Shown in pieces: positions 1 to 10,251 of a stretch of 64,000 bases of DNA. Source of the DNA: a virus; IMG/VR virus record IMGVR_UViG_3300035698_019443, positions 1-64,000 of that record; one strand, given 5' to 3'. The notes below the pieces were generated by a model, which saw nothing but the letters and a program-made list of their open reading frames with translations, searched no databases and was not told where the DNA came from. The translations under genes were made by a program, and so were the position numbers. The number at the start of each line of letters is the position of its first letter. The first letter of the stretch is position 1.

Positions 1-17
1 AGCTCCATATCTACTGC

Positions 18-2567
18 ATGCTCGACGTCGCGGTTACGTCCCGCGGCGCCTCGAGGCTCGCTGCGGAGAGTCGATTCATTCGACAGGTCGACGCCTTCCG
101 CATCGACACCAAGCTCTCGGCGGTCTGCCAAGGGATGCACGCCGTAGGGCTGCAGCTCGACACCATCGAGCGCGACGTCCAGTACCGCCGCCTTGGCTTC
201 GAGATGGAGAAGTACAAGGCGCAGGTCCGAGCGCAGGCGTCCGCCATCGCCAAGACCCCGATGAATATCAACCCCGGCAGTCCGCCCCAGCTGCGCGCCT
301 TCCTCTTCGACCGTCTTGGTATCGAGCCGGTCCCCGAGAACGCCGGCGGACTGACGGACACCGGCGAGCCCGCCGTCGGCAAGGATCAGCTCTTCACCCT
401 TATCGACACCGGACTCCCCGACGCCGTCGAAGAGTTTCTGCTCAGCATCATCGACTACAAGGAGGCGCAGAAGCTCCGCGGCACCTACTGCAGTGTCCAG
501 CCGATGAGGGACGGAAGGCTGCGTCCGACGTGGTCGCCCCACATCGTCGTCTCGGGGCGCCTCGCGTGCTCGGGGCCGAACGTGATGAACGTGCCCTACG
601 CGATGCGGGCGATGTATCACTCGCGCCCCGGCCACAAGCTCGTCTTCTGTGACAAGGGGCAGCTCGAGGCCCGTATCTGCGCGTGGTTCGCCCAAGACAC
701 CGGCCAGATCGAGGCCTTCCTCGGCGGGGCGGACATGCACATGGTCACCGCGTCGATCTTGCTCAAGAAGCCTGTCGAAGAGGTCTCGAAGAAGGAGCGC
801 AAGTTCGCCAAGACCTTCAAATTCGCCTGTCAGTACCTCGCTGGCGTCAAGAAGGTCCATCAGATGGTCCGCAACTTCCGCGACACTGACGGGACGCGTC
901 CCTTCCGCTCGTTCTCCCGCCGCCAAGCCGACGCTGCCTTCAACGAGTTTTGGGCGGCTCACGAGAAGATTATGGCGTACCACGAGAAGAACCGAGCTTT
1001 CTTCGACGAGCACGGCTACCTCGCCGAGCCGATCCACGGACGTCGGCGGTACTTTATGGACGCGACCCAGGCGGAGGACGAGAAAGAGGAGCTAGCGAAC
1101 TACATTATTCAGTCGTGTTTACCGCGGGATACGCGAGTCGCTACACGTAGTGGGATGCTTCCGATCGGGGATATTGCACCGCAAGGTGAAGTGTGGACCG
1201 GCCAAAAGTGGGCGCCCTACGAGCGGCTCTCGATGGGGACTTGTGAGATCGGGGAGCTTCGATTGGATAACCGACAGCGACTACGCTGTGACACGCGACA
1301 CAAAGTGCTCGTGGTCGGTGAGGATGGCTACGAATTTCGGCAGTGGTCGGACCTCGCTCCTGGAGATAGAATCTGCACGTCGCGTGCTCAAGTTCTCACG
1401 ATGGGGGACGCAAGCGCTGTCGATCAAGCGACGGCGTATTGGATGGGATTCGCCGTCGGGAACGGCTGCACGACTCAACGTAATGCACTGGCTGTGACGT
1501 TTGGAGATCGGAAGAACCGCTACACAAAGGAGGAGAAAAAGGAGCAGTTCAGAAGATGGGTAGAGGCGCGTGGGTACACGCCGCAGAAGGATCGCACTGA
1601 GACAGGAAGCATAACTGTGTGCGTAGAGGCAATAGAGTTCCGTCGATGGTGGGAGCGAGAACTTGGGTACCATTGGGGCGAAAAGGCTCATACCAAGCGC
1701 ATCCCTGACGTGATCTGGCGCGCCAATTGGCAGTCCCGCACGTCTTTTCTCCTGGGACTGCTCGACGCGGACGGCTGCGTGAAGCCTTCTCGCCATCCGA
1801 TCTATGCAGGCTCTCCAAACCTGCACATGTGCCAGCCGGAACTTCTTCGGGAGGTGCAGATGTTGGCGCGGACGGTAGGGGTCCGATCGAACCTGTCTGA
1901 CGCGCTGCAAGGCGGTATCAGTTGGCGCCTGGCGTTCAACCAGTCGCACTTGGCGGCGTTGGGATACGGTACTTGCATTCGCCGCCCGAAGTCTCGTGAC
2001 CTCGTCCCACCCTTCGTCGTCGCGGAGTTCGTGCGGCGAGCAAAGGGGCTTCGAGCGAAGCGCCGTACGTCGAAGGCGACTCTACTCCATCGACTACGCA
2101 GCGGCGGGACGACAAGCGTCGACATGTTCCCTAGCCTGTGTGAGACTCTCGGCGTGGGGTGTCCAGAGGTGTACGCGACGGAGCGACTTCGGGAGAAGGT
2201 AGAGACAGGGGTCGTCGAGGAGACGTTCACGTTGTCGGTCGACGATCCTAGTCACCGCTACGACTCCGAGGGAGTGATCAGTAAGAACTGCGCTTCGGCG
2301 GACGTCAACGACGCGACCTTCCGTATCGTCGACGAGTTCCCTTGGGGCTTCGACGGACCTCACACGGGGCTCGTCCATCAGTGCCACGACGCCCTCGGCG
2401 TCGAGTGTCGGGAGGAGAACGCCGAGGCAGTGGCGATGCGAATGCAGGACACCATGTTCTCAATGATTGGTGACATGCCGCTCCCCGTCGACGTGCAGAT
2501 CGGGCCGTCCTGGGGAGTGCTGACGGAGTATGAACGAGATGGCGACCACCTCATCGCGGTTGACTGA
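18..2567 (+). CDS. polA: Family A DNA polymerase, C-terminal part (begins upstream of window), interrupted by an intein
   Basis: SGRLACSGPNVMNVP; motif A VFCDKGQLEARI; motif B ERKFAKTFKFACQY; HGRRRYF; NYIIQS; motif C HQCHDAL. Confidence 0.93.
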   Translation: MLDVAVTSRGASRLAAESRFIRQVDAFRIDTKLSAVCQGMHAVGLQLDTIERDVQYRRLGFEMEKYKAQVRAQASAIAKTPMNINPGSPPQLRAFLFDRLGIEPVPENAGGLTDTGEPAVGKDQLFTLIDTGLPDAVEEFLLSIIDYKEAQKLRGTYCSVQPMRDGRLRPTWSPHIVVSGRLACSGPNVMNVPYAMRAMYHSRPGHKLVFCDKGQLEARICAWFAQDTGQIEAFLGGADMHMVTASILLKKPVEEVSKKERKFAKTFKFACQYLAGVKKVHQMVRNFRDTDGTRPFRSFSRRQADAAFNEFWAAHEKIMAYHEKNRAFFDEHGYLAEPIHGRRRYFMDATQAEDEKEELANYIIQSCLPRDTRVATRSGMLPIGDIAPQGEVWTGQKWAPYERLSMGTCEIGELRLDNRQRLRCDTRHKVLVVGEDGYEFRQWSDLAPGDRICTSRAQVLTMGDASAVDQATAYWMGFAVGNGCTTQRNALAVTFGDRKNRYTKEEKKEQFRRWVEARGYTPQKDRTETGSITVCVEAIEFRRWWERELGYHWGEKAHTKRIPDVIWRANWQSRTSFLLGLLDADGCVKPSRHPIYAGSPNLHMCQPELLREVQMLARTVGVRSNLSDALQGGISWRLAFNQSHLAALGYGTCIRRPKSRDLVPPFVVAEFVRRAKGLRAKRRTSKATLLHRLRSGGTTSVDMFPSLCETLGVGCPEVYATERLREKVETGVVEETFTLSVDDPSHRYDSEGVISKNCASADVNDATFRIVDEFPWGFDGPHTGLVHQCHDALGVECREENAEAVAMRMQDTMFSMIGDMPLPVDVQIGPSWGVLTEYERDGDHLIAVD
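1116..2288 (+). mobile_element. Intein with LAGLIDADG homing endonuclease (391 aa) in PolA
   Basis: Starts CLPRDTRV after NYIIQS; block B LRCDTRHKVL; YWMGFAVGNG and FLLGLLDADG; ends TFTLSVDDPSHRYDSEGVISKN with +1 Cys. Confidence 0.92.
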
Positions 2568-2715
2568 GCTCGAGGAGCGCCTCGACGTCCTCGAGGTCAT
2601 TGTTGTGCGAGAGCTCTGCCCACATTGCGTGGACGGTCTCGTGCTGCAGACCTGGGGATGCTTTGCGCTCGTGTGCTCGATTTGTGGAGGACTCAATGAA
2701 GACAGTGATAGCTAG
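2539..2715 (+). CDS. Small zinc-ribbon protein
   Basis: CPHC...CSIC; overlaps both neighbours. Confidence 0.45.
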   Translation: MATTSSRLTELEERLDVLEVIVVRELCPHCVDGLVLQTWGCFALVCSICGGLNEDSDS

Positions 2716-3082
2716 ACGGCTGCAGCGAACAGCGCAGGAGGACGCATCGGCGGACCACCTCCTGATGAAGTTTCGCAGTGCCAATGTGGACGTCGTGCTC
2801 GACGACGAGCTCGACTGGGAGCGGAGAGAGGGGGAGCAGTACGCCGACGCCTACGAGCGAAACCTCGAGGGCGTCGACCGCCTCGTGCTCATCGAGCACC
2901 TCGCGGATGATGAGAAGAACTGGGCGATCGCGCGCGGCCAGCATGACTGGGCGGTAATCGCAATGAAACGGAAGATCGAGGTACATATCTTTCGGCTTGG
3001 ACAAAGCCATCGAGTGAAGTACATCAAGAAGCGAACCGGCGACGTTGCGTGGGCCGGGGACTATGGAAAGGTAGTGGTGTGA
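2696..3082 (+). CDS. Hypothetical protein
   Basis: GGAGG before ATG 2696; fills operon gap. Confidence 0.6.
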   Translation: MKTVIARRLQRTAQEDASADHLLMKFRSANVDVVLDDELDWERREGEQYADAYERNLEGVDRLVLIEHLADDEKNWAIARGQHDWAVIAMKRKIEVHIFRLGQSHRVKYIKKRTGDVAWAGDYGKVVV

Positions 3083-3083
3083 A

Positions 3084-4613
3084 ATGACAATCGTACGATC
3101 TATTCAGACGAACCTGAAAGGGGCAGAGGAGCCCGTCGAGCTTGCGCCTTGCGTGATGCTCGTCGGCGCGAATGGGACGGGGAAGTCGACTATCGTCGAC
3201 TCGCTCTCTCTCGTGCTCACTGGCTCGATGCGGACGCCGGGGCTCGGCAAGCGCGAGGCGGACCTCTTCCGTCTCGTCTCGGGCGAGGGCGATCGTGAGC
3301 TCATCGTGACAGCGCGGCTCGGCGATGACCGCGCAGTGACCTGGAAGACACAGGGGAGCGAGGTCTCCGCGAAGAAGGCGACGTGGACTGTGACCGAGGG
3401 TGAGACCCCGCTGGGCGTCTTCGTCTCCGACACCGCTGAGGCCTTCCTCCTGGGAGACGAGAAGAAGATCCGTCGAGCTGTGCTCCTCGCCGCTGGCGGC
3501 GGGGTGCCACGGGTCGATCTCCTCGCCGAGGTTCCCGCGTCGCAGCACGACATCGTCGTCGAGGTGCTCCCCGGCGACGACAAGGAGATCGCCTTCGAGA
3601 CGCTGCTCGGCGCACGCGACAGTCTGATGAAGAAGGCACGAGATGCACGCGCTGGGGCGAAGGCGGTAGAGAAGACCGCAGAGGTCGCGGCGCTCTCCGA
3701 GAACGAGCGGAAGCTCTTTGTCGCGCTCTGTGCGCTCGATGGCGAACACCCCGGTGTCGTCCAGAGGACAGACCAAGCGACGGTGTCGTACCAGGAGTCG
3801 CTGCACACGATCTACCACGGGGCGTCGCGGGCCAGCTACGAGCTCGGCGCGCTCCTTTCGGCGAAGGGCGTCACGCAGGTCCCGAAGTGCCCGATGTGCG
3901 GAACGGCGGACGTCGCCGTCACGCAGATATCCGAGCGGTCAGAGGAGCTTATCAGCGCGGCGGAGAAGGTCTCGCGTTGGCTCGATGAAGTAGAGGGAAA
4001 GAACGCTGCCGCATGGGCGCGCGACGAGGTTGCAGCGCTACTCCCCAACGAATCTATCGGCAACTGGCCTGAGATCTATCGAGGCCTCCTGGCACGCAAC
4101 CGAGCGCAGTCCACAGCGCACGCCGCGGCTCGAGTCGCGACGGACGCGAATAGGGGAGCGGACGATTACAAGGCGGTCGGGCTCGCCTTCGACGGCCTCA
4201 TGGGCAAGTTCCTCGAGCGGTCGACAGCAGTCATCGAACGCCGCATCAATCGCCTGTTGCCACGGTCTGTGCGGGCTCGTATCGTGCTGGCCGAGGGGAC
4301 CAAGGCGGTCTGTCGTCTCGCAGCGTCGAAGGGCACCGACACTCCCTACCGCGACTTCCGTGCGCTCTCTGGCGCGGAGCGGCAGGTGCTGTCCATCGCC
4401 TTCGCGGCGGCTACCGTCCCCGTCGACGCTCCGCCGGTGCGCCTCCTGGTCATCGACGACGTGTGGCTCGACAACCCGACAATGAAAAAGGTGCTCGCGA
4501 CCGCGGCCAACGCCGTGACTTCAGACGACTCTCGTATCACGCAGGCTGTGGTCTGCGCCGTCAGCTGGACCGCCAAGGTTCCCGACGGTTGGCAGGTGAT
4601 AAAGCTGCCGTGA
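3084..4613 (+). CDS. Rad50/SbcC-like ABC ATPase (recombination)
   Basis: Walker A GANGTGKS, central CPMC zinc hook, signature LSGAER, Walker B LLVIDD. Confidence 0.85.
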   Translation: MTIVRSIQTNLKGAEEPVELAPCVMLVGANGTGKSTIVDSLSLVLTGSMRTPGLGKREADLFRLVSGEGDRELIVTARLGDDRAVTWKTQGSEVSAKKATWTVTEGETPLGVFVSDTAEAFLLGDEKKIRRAVLLAAGGGVPRVDLLAEVPASQHDIVVEVLPGDDKEIAFETLLGARDSLMKKARDARAGAKAVEKTAEVAALSENERKLFVALCALDGEHPGVVQRTDQATVSYQESLHTIYHGASRASYELGALLSAKGVTQVPKCPMCGTADVAVTQISERSEELISAAEKVSRWLDEVEGKNAAAWARDEVAALLPNESIGNWPEIYRGLLARNRAQSTAHAAARVATDANRGADDYKAVGLAFDGLMGKFLERSTAVIERRINRLLPRSVRARIVLAEGTKAVCRLAASKGTDTPYRDFRALSGAERQVLSIAFAAATVPVDAPPVRLLVIDDVWLDNPTMKKVLATAANAVTSDDSRITQAVVCAVSWTAKVPDGWQVIKLP

Positions 4614-4624
4614 TATGATGGGTT

Positions 4625-4996
4625 ATGTCGGACGAACACGCCTGCAATTACCCCACTGAGATCGCTGACGTCAAACAACAACGCAAGATACGATGGCTCC
4701 TCTACATTCTCGCCCTCGGGAGTATAGGCGGCGCCTTCATCTTTACGGTGAGTGTCTCGCAGGGCGCGGGAGCGCTCGCCAACGAGGTGCAGACTATCGC
4801 GAGCGATCAAATAGAGGATCGCCAGGAGATTCGTACGATGCGGGTGGAGCTTCTTCGATTAGAGAGAACAAACGCAAGTGAGCATCAACAGGTAATGGAG
4901 TCACTCGGGAGAATAGAAGAGCGTGTCAGCGGCTGTGGGTCGCGGCTGGAATCGCTTGAAGCAAGGCGTGTTTCACCACGAGACCGGCGGCGGTGA
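4625..4996 (+). CDS. Single-TM coiled-coil protein
   Basis: WLLYILALGSIGGAFIFTVSV then heptad-like tail; TATGAT 5 nt before ATG. Confidence 0.6.
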   Translation: MSDEHACNYPTEIADVKQQRKIRWLLYILALGSIGGAFIFTVSVSQGAGALANEVQTIASDQIEDRQEIRTMRVELLRLERTNASEHQQVMESLGRIEERVSGCGSRLESLEARRVSPRDRRR

Positions 4997-5333
4997 GGAC
5001 GACCGCGGCCTTTATCGCGTCCTCTTCTCCTCCCCACCTTCGCAGCACGTAGACACTCACCGGCAGCCCGATCAGAGTCCCCCACCCCGCGAGCTTCAGA
5101 GAGCGCGCAACAAGCTGCCGAGTCTCATCAGTCATAGCGGGCGTTCGTTTCAAAGACTGTGATACCGAAGCCATTCAGCTCTGCGTACGAGTGTTCGCGG
5201 AGCTCGGCTCGAAGCTCTGCGCGGAGCGCGGCACTCGACCTGCCCGTATCCCGCAGCGCGTTGTCCGCCGACGTGTACACGCCTCGAATGCGCGCTTCGT
5301 GACTGAGGTCGATGGCGACATAGACGTTTTTCA

Positions 5334-5939
5334 CTAGCTTCTCCTCTTCAGGCAAATGACGAACTTGTGCTTGGATGACCAGCCCGCGACGCGTGCCCCG
5401 AGCTCTTCCATCTGTTTGATTGTGAGGTTCTTCTTGTGACCCTGTGCGGTCGAGACGCGGCGCCCCTCGGCGTCGACCCACACGCGCCGCTGTCGCTTCT
5501 CTTGTCCGAGGTACTCCCAGTTCGTCGCCTTGTAGATCTGGCCCGTGTGCCCCTCGAAAGCATCTGCCCACGATACGAGCGCCTGATACTTCTTCTCCTG
5601 GCGGAAGTGGCGAATCGACCGACCGATGAGGAAGCTCGCGGCGTTGGTTGGGGCATCAGGGTGAATCGCGAGGCGTGAGAGGTCGCTGACGAGCTTTGGG
5701 TCTGTGCCGCAATGCCGCGCAACGGACTTGGCGGCGTTCGGCATAGGAGCCTTCCACCATGCAACTCCCATGAGGCGTTCGGGGGCATCGTGGCGAAAGA
5801 GGCAGTAGACGTGAGTGAAGGCCGGAGGGCAGGTCCCGCTGTAGTGCAGCGTCTTGACCATGTCGCGCGCTATGTCGCGTTCGACCTTGGTTTTCGGCTC
5901 TGTGATGAACCACTCTGAGGCCTTCAGTTTTCCGAGCAC
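5334..5939 (-). CDS. Mom-like DNA (adenine) modification protein, GNAT fold
   Basis: HYSG, LSRLAIHPDAPTNAASFLIGRS, VSWAD...GHTGQIYKATNWEYLG resemble phage Mu Mom family. Confidence 0.85.
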   Translation of the reverse strand: MLGKLKASEWFITEPKTKVERDIARDMVKTLHYSGTCPPAFTHVYCLFRHDAPERLMGVAWWKAPMPNAAKSVARHCGTDPKLVSDLSRLAIHPDAPTNAASFLIGRSIRHFRQEKKYQALVSWADAFEGHTGQIYKATNWEYLGQEKRQRRVWVDAEGRRVSTAQGHKKNLTIKQMEELGARVAGWSSKHKFVICLKRRS

Positions 5940-5969
5940 GATTAACTCTCCTTGTGGTAGGTTACCACA

Positions 5970-7688
5970 ATGCCAGGACAGGGAGTCGACCTACGAAGAG
6001 AGCTCACGGTGTTTCTGCCCACGGTGGGGGCGGGGAGTTTCCAGGCCTGCCGAGACGCGCTTGAGAAGCAGGACTGCCAGTTCACGCTCGACGTGATCTG
6101 GAATATCGCGCCGATGTCGACGGCGTTTCAGGAGATGCTCAATCGCTGCACGACGCCCTACTACGTCCAGTGCGATGAGGACATGATCCTCAAGCCAAAC
6201 GCTGTGCGGACGCTGCACGCGGCGATCAAGTCGCGGGATGGGACGCAGATCGCGATGATCTGCTACCCGCTCTTCGACGTCCACCTCGACCGCACGCTGC
6301 TCGGCGTCAAGGCCTACCGCCACGACGTCTTCCGTGACTTCCCCTACAACGACACGCAGTCCTGTGAGATGGACCAGATCGGCAGGCTGCGCGCCGCTGG
6401 CTACGGGTTCGACGTGATCTGGGGCGAGTGGGCTTCGCACCTCGGTGTGCTCGCCGAGGACGACCCGAACATCCTGGGCACGCACGGCACCGCCTACGGA
6501 CCCCGCGAGGCTTTCGAGCGCTACCGAGACCTCACGGAGAAGGCTCGCTTCGTCGGAGGCTCCGACTGGGTCTTCCCCTGGCTCTCCCGGTTCCTGACGC
6601 GCTTCGCCGAGGGGGGCAAGCTCGACGATCCAAACTTGTGGGCGGCGCTCGGGTGCGTCGCTGGGTATATGGCAACGCCCGAGGGAGCTCGGGGGGAAAA
6701 GGACTACAGGGAGTACGCCACCATGACTGACTACGGAGAGGTTGCAGCGGCTGTTGTCGCGCCGCCAGAACGCGTCGATGTCTACGTCACCTCGCGGTGC
6801 AACGCCGCCTGTCCATTCTGCGCTCGGCAGCGTCGACCGATGGTGCAGGCTCGGGACTTTGACGCAGCCCTCGCAAACCGCGTGCTCGACCGCTGGCCGA
6901 GCATCAAAGGGGCGTGTCTCGCGGGGTTCGGCGAGCCCCTCTTGGCTGCTCACTTCCCCAGTCTGGCGGATGCCTTCATCTCGCGTGGCATCTACACGTC
7001 GCTCATCACCAACGGGTTTGCCATCCTCGACCAGCTCGACGTGGTCCCCTGGAACAAGTTTGGCTATGTCAACGTGAGCCTCAACGCGGTGACGCCGGAG
7101 GATCACGCCACACAGACGGGGACGGTTGGAGCCTACGCTCGCGCCGTGCAGGGGTTTGACGCCCTCATCGAACGCGGGGTCAACGTCGGGCTCTCCTTCG
7201 TCGTCGGTGCGTCCACCCTCGACCGTATCCCTGACTACCTCTCTTTCGCTCAGCGGCACGGTGCCCACTTCGTCTCGCTCGTCAACGTGCTGCCGCACCA
7301 CGAGCAGGGGGATAAGGAGGCGGCGCAGGACTTCCGCAACGAGCTCTTGACCACAAGATCGCAGAGCGCGGCCGAGAAGCTCCTCGGCTTCCGGCGTACT
7401 GCCGCTCAGCTCGGAGTCGAAGTTTGGGCATGGCCGGAGCTCATCAACCCTGATCACAACCCCCGCAAGTGTCGTAGTCCCTTCGAGGCAATCGGCATCG
7501 ACGGTGACGGAAACCTGAGTGGATGTTGCCGCATCGTCGGCCCAACGGCGGCTCACGGAAACTTCGCCGCCGGCGGGGACATCTGGGGCGAGCTCCCCTA
7601 CCTTCGAGACTTGCGCCGAGAGCTCTCGGGGGCGGATGAGTTGCGCTTCCCCTGCACACGATGCTTCGGCAACTGGAAGGGGGCGTGA
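5970..7688 (+). CDS. GT-A-like glycosyltransferase fused to radical SAM domain with Cys-rich (SPASM/twitch-like) tail
   Basis: YYVQCDEDM (DxD); CNAACPFC, GFGEPLL, ITNG; CRSPF...GCC...CTRC. Confidence 0.8.
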   Translation: MPGQGVDLRRELTVFLPTVGAGSFQACRDALEKQDCQFTLDVIWNIAPMSTAFQEMLNRCTTPYYVQCDEDMILKPNAVRTLHAAIKSRDGTQIAMICYPLFDVHLDRTLLGVKAYRHDVFRDFPYNDTQSCEMDQIGRLRAAGYGFDVIWGEWASHLGVLAEDDPNILGTHGTAYGPREAFERYRDLTEKARFVGGSDWVFPWLSRFLTRFAEGGKLDDPNLWAALGCVAGYMATPEGARGEKDYREYATMTDYGEVAAAVVAPPERVDVYVTSRCNAACPFCARQRRPMVQARDFDAALANRVLDRWPSIKGACLAGFGEPLLAAHFPSLADAFISRGIYTSLITNGFAILDQLDVVPWNKFGYVNVSLNAVTPEDHATQTGTVGAYARAVQGFDALIERGVNVGLSFVVGASTLDRIPDYLSFAQRHGAHFVSLVNVLPHHEQGDKEAAQDFRNELLTTRSQSAAEKLLGFRRTAAQLGVEVWAWPELINPDHNPRKCRSPFEAIGIDGDGNLSGCCRIVGPTAAHGNFAAGGDIWGELPYLRDLRRELSGADELRFPCTRCFGNWKGA

Positions 7689-8656
7689 TGGACCCAATTC
7701 TCGCAATGTGTATCGACGCTCGCGGCTGGTGCTTCGACCGCACCGCCCAGGCGCTCGCGAAGTACTCGGCGAAGCACGACTGGCGGACGGTCTGTGCCAT
7801 CGAGCCAGACGGGCTCCACCTGAAGCAGGCGCCGCCGGCGGACATCTACCGCTTCGGTGGGCTGCCGCTCTTCAAGTGGTTCTTACGCAATGTCAGGATG
7901 GACACCTCCCGCGACCCGATTTACGTTCCGACCATCGCATCCTTCGCCGACCTCGAGCGGTGGCTGCCGCGCTTTGAGCCTGGGGAGCTCGACCGGGTCG
8001 GCGCCGTGATTTACAACGACCGAAGGATGCGCGATCTGATCCGTGCGCGGATCGCCATCCCTGAGCACGCCGTCCTCATTTACAGCCCCGACAACGTCGA
8101 CAGCGAGGTCTTCCGCCCGATGCCAGAGTGCCGAGCAGCGGATGGACCGCTCCGCATCGGTTGGGCTGGGTCGGAGAAGTGGTGGGAGGGGGCAAAGCAC
8201 GTCGACACCATCGCCGGCGTGTGCGGGGCGCTCTCTGACGTAACCTTCGTCCGCCAGGACCGCGAGCTCGATGGACAGAAGGACGCCTATGAGATGGCGT
8301 CGTGGCTCAATAGCCTCGACGCCTACGTCTCGCTCAACGACAAGCTGACCTGTACGCCGGTGACGCAACTCGAAGCGATCGTCTGTGGCGTGCCAACGAT
8401 CACGACGCACTGCGGCGAGCTATGGGAGGCGATCGGCAAGGGCCAGCCTTGGGCGCTGCTACGGCATGCTAGGCCCGCCGACCTCTCGCGCGCGTTGCGG
8501 GCCGCGATAGGTATTGGGCGTGGAGGGCTCATTGGGGTCGGGGTCCTGCAACGTGAACAGATGATGCCAGATATCGAGTGGGATACAACAGGGGAAGCTG
8601 CTTGGGTTACTCACTCTTTGCTGGAGGTTCTGTGCAATGTTCGAGGAGCTAGATGA
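7688..8656 (+). CDS. GT-B (GT4-like) glycosyltransferase
   Basis: VDSEVFRP, LRIGWAGS, LEAIVCGVPTITT; paralog of 54894-55844. Confidence 0.75.
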   Translation: MDPILAMCIDARGWCFDRTAQALAKYSAKHDWRTVCAIEPDGLHLKQAPPADIYRFGGLPLFKWFLRNVRMDTSRDPIYVPTIASFADLERWLPRFEPGELDRVGAVIYNDRRMRDLIRARIAIPEHAVLIYSPDNVDSEVFRPMPECRAADGPLRIGWAGSEKWWEGAKHVDTIAGVCGALSDVTFVRQDRELDGQKDAYEMASWLNSLDAYVSLNDKLTCTPVTQLEAIVCGVPTITTHCGELWEAIGKGQPWALLRHARPADLSRALRAAIGIGRGGLIGVGVLQREQMMPDIEWDTTGEAAWVTHSLLEVLCNVRGAR

Positions 8657-9464
8657 AGCGTGCTGGGAGCACGACGTCGCGTGCCAACTCTGTGGATCGA
8701 AGACCAATCGAAAGGTAGTGCTACCGAACGCGAACGGCACGCACCATGACATGGTGGAGTGCTCCTGCGGCCTTCGCTTCTTCTCTCCCCGGCTGTCCTG
8801 GGAGTGGATGCGGGCGGAGATCGTCGAACGGGGGGCGGGGGCGAAGGTCGCGAAGTCCCACTTCGAGACAGGCGTTATGGTGCCCGAGGTGGAGCGAAAC
8901 GCTCTACCCCCGGTGCAGCAAAAGGCAATCACCCAGCAACACTACCGGCAGATCGCTCGTCGTTTGACCTACCTCGTCGGGACGGAAGCGCCTCGAGTGC
9001 TCGACGTGGGTAGCGGCATCGGCCTCGCGTCAAAGCACTTCCGTGAGATCGGGTGGCTTGCACCCAACTCCGTCGCCGTGGAGCTCTGCCCACACGCGGC
9101 AAAGATCGCACGCGACTGGCATTCACTCGACGTTCGCAACTGCGCGATCGCCGACCTCGACACCGAGGCCGAGGGCGTCTTCGATCTCATCGTCGGCAAC
9201 GACATCATCGAGCACACCTACACGCCAGTCGACGATCTCGCGAAGCTCGGTGAGATGGCAGGTCCGCAGACGATCCTCTACCTGAAGACCTTCGCCGAAG
9301 ACCTCGACGAGCCCGCCGGGCGCACCATGCTGTGCCCCCCCTGGCACCAGTTCCATTTCACGCAAGACGTGCTCTTCGCCGCATTGGAGAAGACCGGGTG
9401 GAGCCTCATCGAGACGGTGACCCACCTCCCCGTCCAGTTTGACCTCGTTGCGCGGAGGGCGTAA
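8637..9464 (+). CDS. Class I SAM methyltransferase with N-terminal Zn motif
   Basis: CQLC...CSC; VLDVGSGIG; FDLIVGNDIIEH. Confidence 0.85.
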   Translation: MFEELDEACWEHDVACQLCGSKTNRKVVLPNANGTHHDMVECSCGLRFFSPRLSWEWMRAEIVERGAGAKVAKSHFETGVMVPEVERNALPPVQQKAITQQHYRQIARRLTYLVGTEAPRVLDVGSGIGLASKHFREIGWLAPNSVAVELCPHAAKIARDWHSLDVRNCAIADLDTEAEGVFDLIVGNDIIEHTYTPVDDLAKLGEMAGPQTILYLKTFAEDLDEPAGRTMLCPPWHQFHFTQDVLFAALEKTGWSLIETVTHLPVQFDLVARRA

Positions 9465-10219
9465 TGGTCAAACCACACGAGACGGTCTGTATCCTCGGCA
9501 TGAGCTACTGCGGCTCGACGATGCTCTCGGGACTCATGTACAACGTGCCCGGCGCGTTCTCCGTCGGCGAGGCGCATTGGCTGTTGCAGCGCAAAGATGT
9601 GCCGAAGCTCACCGCCTGCTCGCTCTGCGGGAACGACTGCAAGATCCTCGGCGGGATCACGGAGCGAAACACCACGGCGGAAACGCTCTACGACAATATC
9701 GCCAAGGCTGCCGACGCCGATATCCTCGTGACCTCGGATAAGGCGAAATGGACCGTCGAGCCCTACGTCCCCCGACAGACGGCGAAGGCGATCATTCTCT
9801 TCCGTCGTCCAGCTGCGATGCTCGCCTCGGGCCGGCGGCATGACGCAGGGTGGGACAAGACCCTCGGGGCGCTCTACTCTGAGTGGTATCGAGGCCTGCT
9901 CCATTGGACGGAGTACTGGTTCAAACAGCGCGTCGTCGTCTCCTACGAACGGCTGGCGTTGCACACGCAGCCCGAGCTCGAACGTATCTGCAACAAGCTC
10001 GAGCTCCCCCCGCCGGCCTCGCCCTTCGTCTACCCGCCGCCCAGGTGGCACAACACAGGCGGCAACGCGCACGCCTGGAATTGGGGCCACGAGGGGGCGA
10101 AGATCACCCTCGATGACCGCTGGCGCGTCGAGCTGAAGCCCGAGGAGGTCGAAGCCCTACGCCAACACGAGGGCTGTAGGTCCGCCTATGAGCAGATGGC
10201 AAGGCTCGCCGGCGAGTAG
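9464..10219 (+). CDS. Sulfotransferase family protein
   Basis: 5'-PSB-like ILGMSYCGSTML, VGE, LFRRP, VSYERL. Confidence 0.75.
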   Translation: MVKPHETVCILGMSYCGSTMLSGLMYNVPGAFSVGEAHWLLQRKDVPKLTACSLCGNDCKILGGITERNTTAETLYDNIAKAADADILVTSDKAKWTVEPYVPRQTAKAIILFRRPAAMLASGRRHDAGWDKTLGALYSEWYRGLLHWTEYWFKQRVVVSYERLALHTQPELERICNKLELPPPASPFVYPPPRWHNTGGNAHAWNWGHEGAKITLDDRWRVELKPEEVEALRQHEGCRSAYEQMARLAGE

Positions 10220-10251
10220 ACCACGTATGATCGTGCGTGTTATCCTGACTC

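Noticed and set aside
2889-2899. Partial self-match of decoded unit 34286 (TCATCGAGCAC; also ATCATCGAGCAC at 9204-9215)
   Set aside because: 11-12-nt matches in GC-rich coding DNA are plausible by chance; I saw no full-length self-target by eye, but the search was not exhaustive
5991-7706. Long antisense ORFs (also 39548-40882, 59032-60036 and others)
   Set aside because: Shadows of high-GC3 genes on the opposite strand; no motifs
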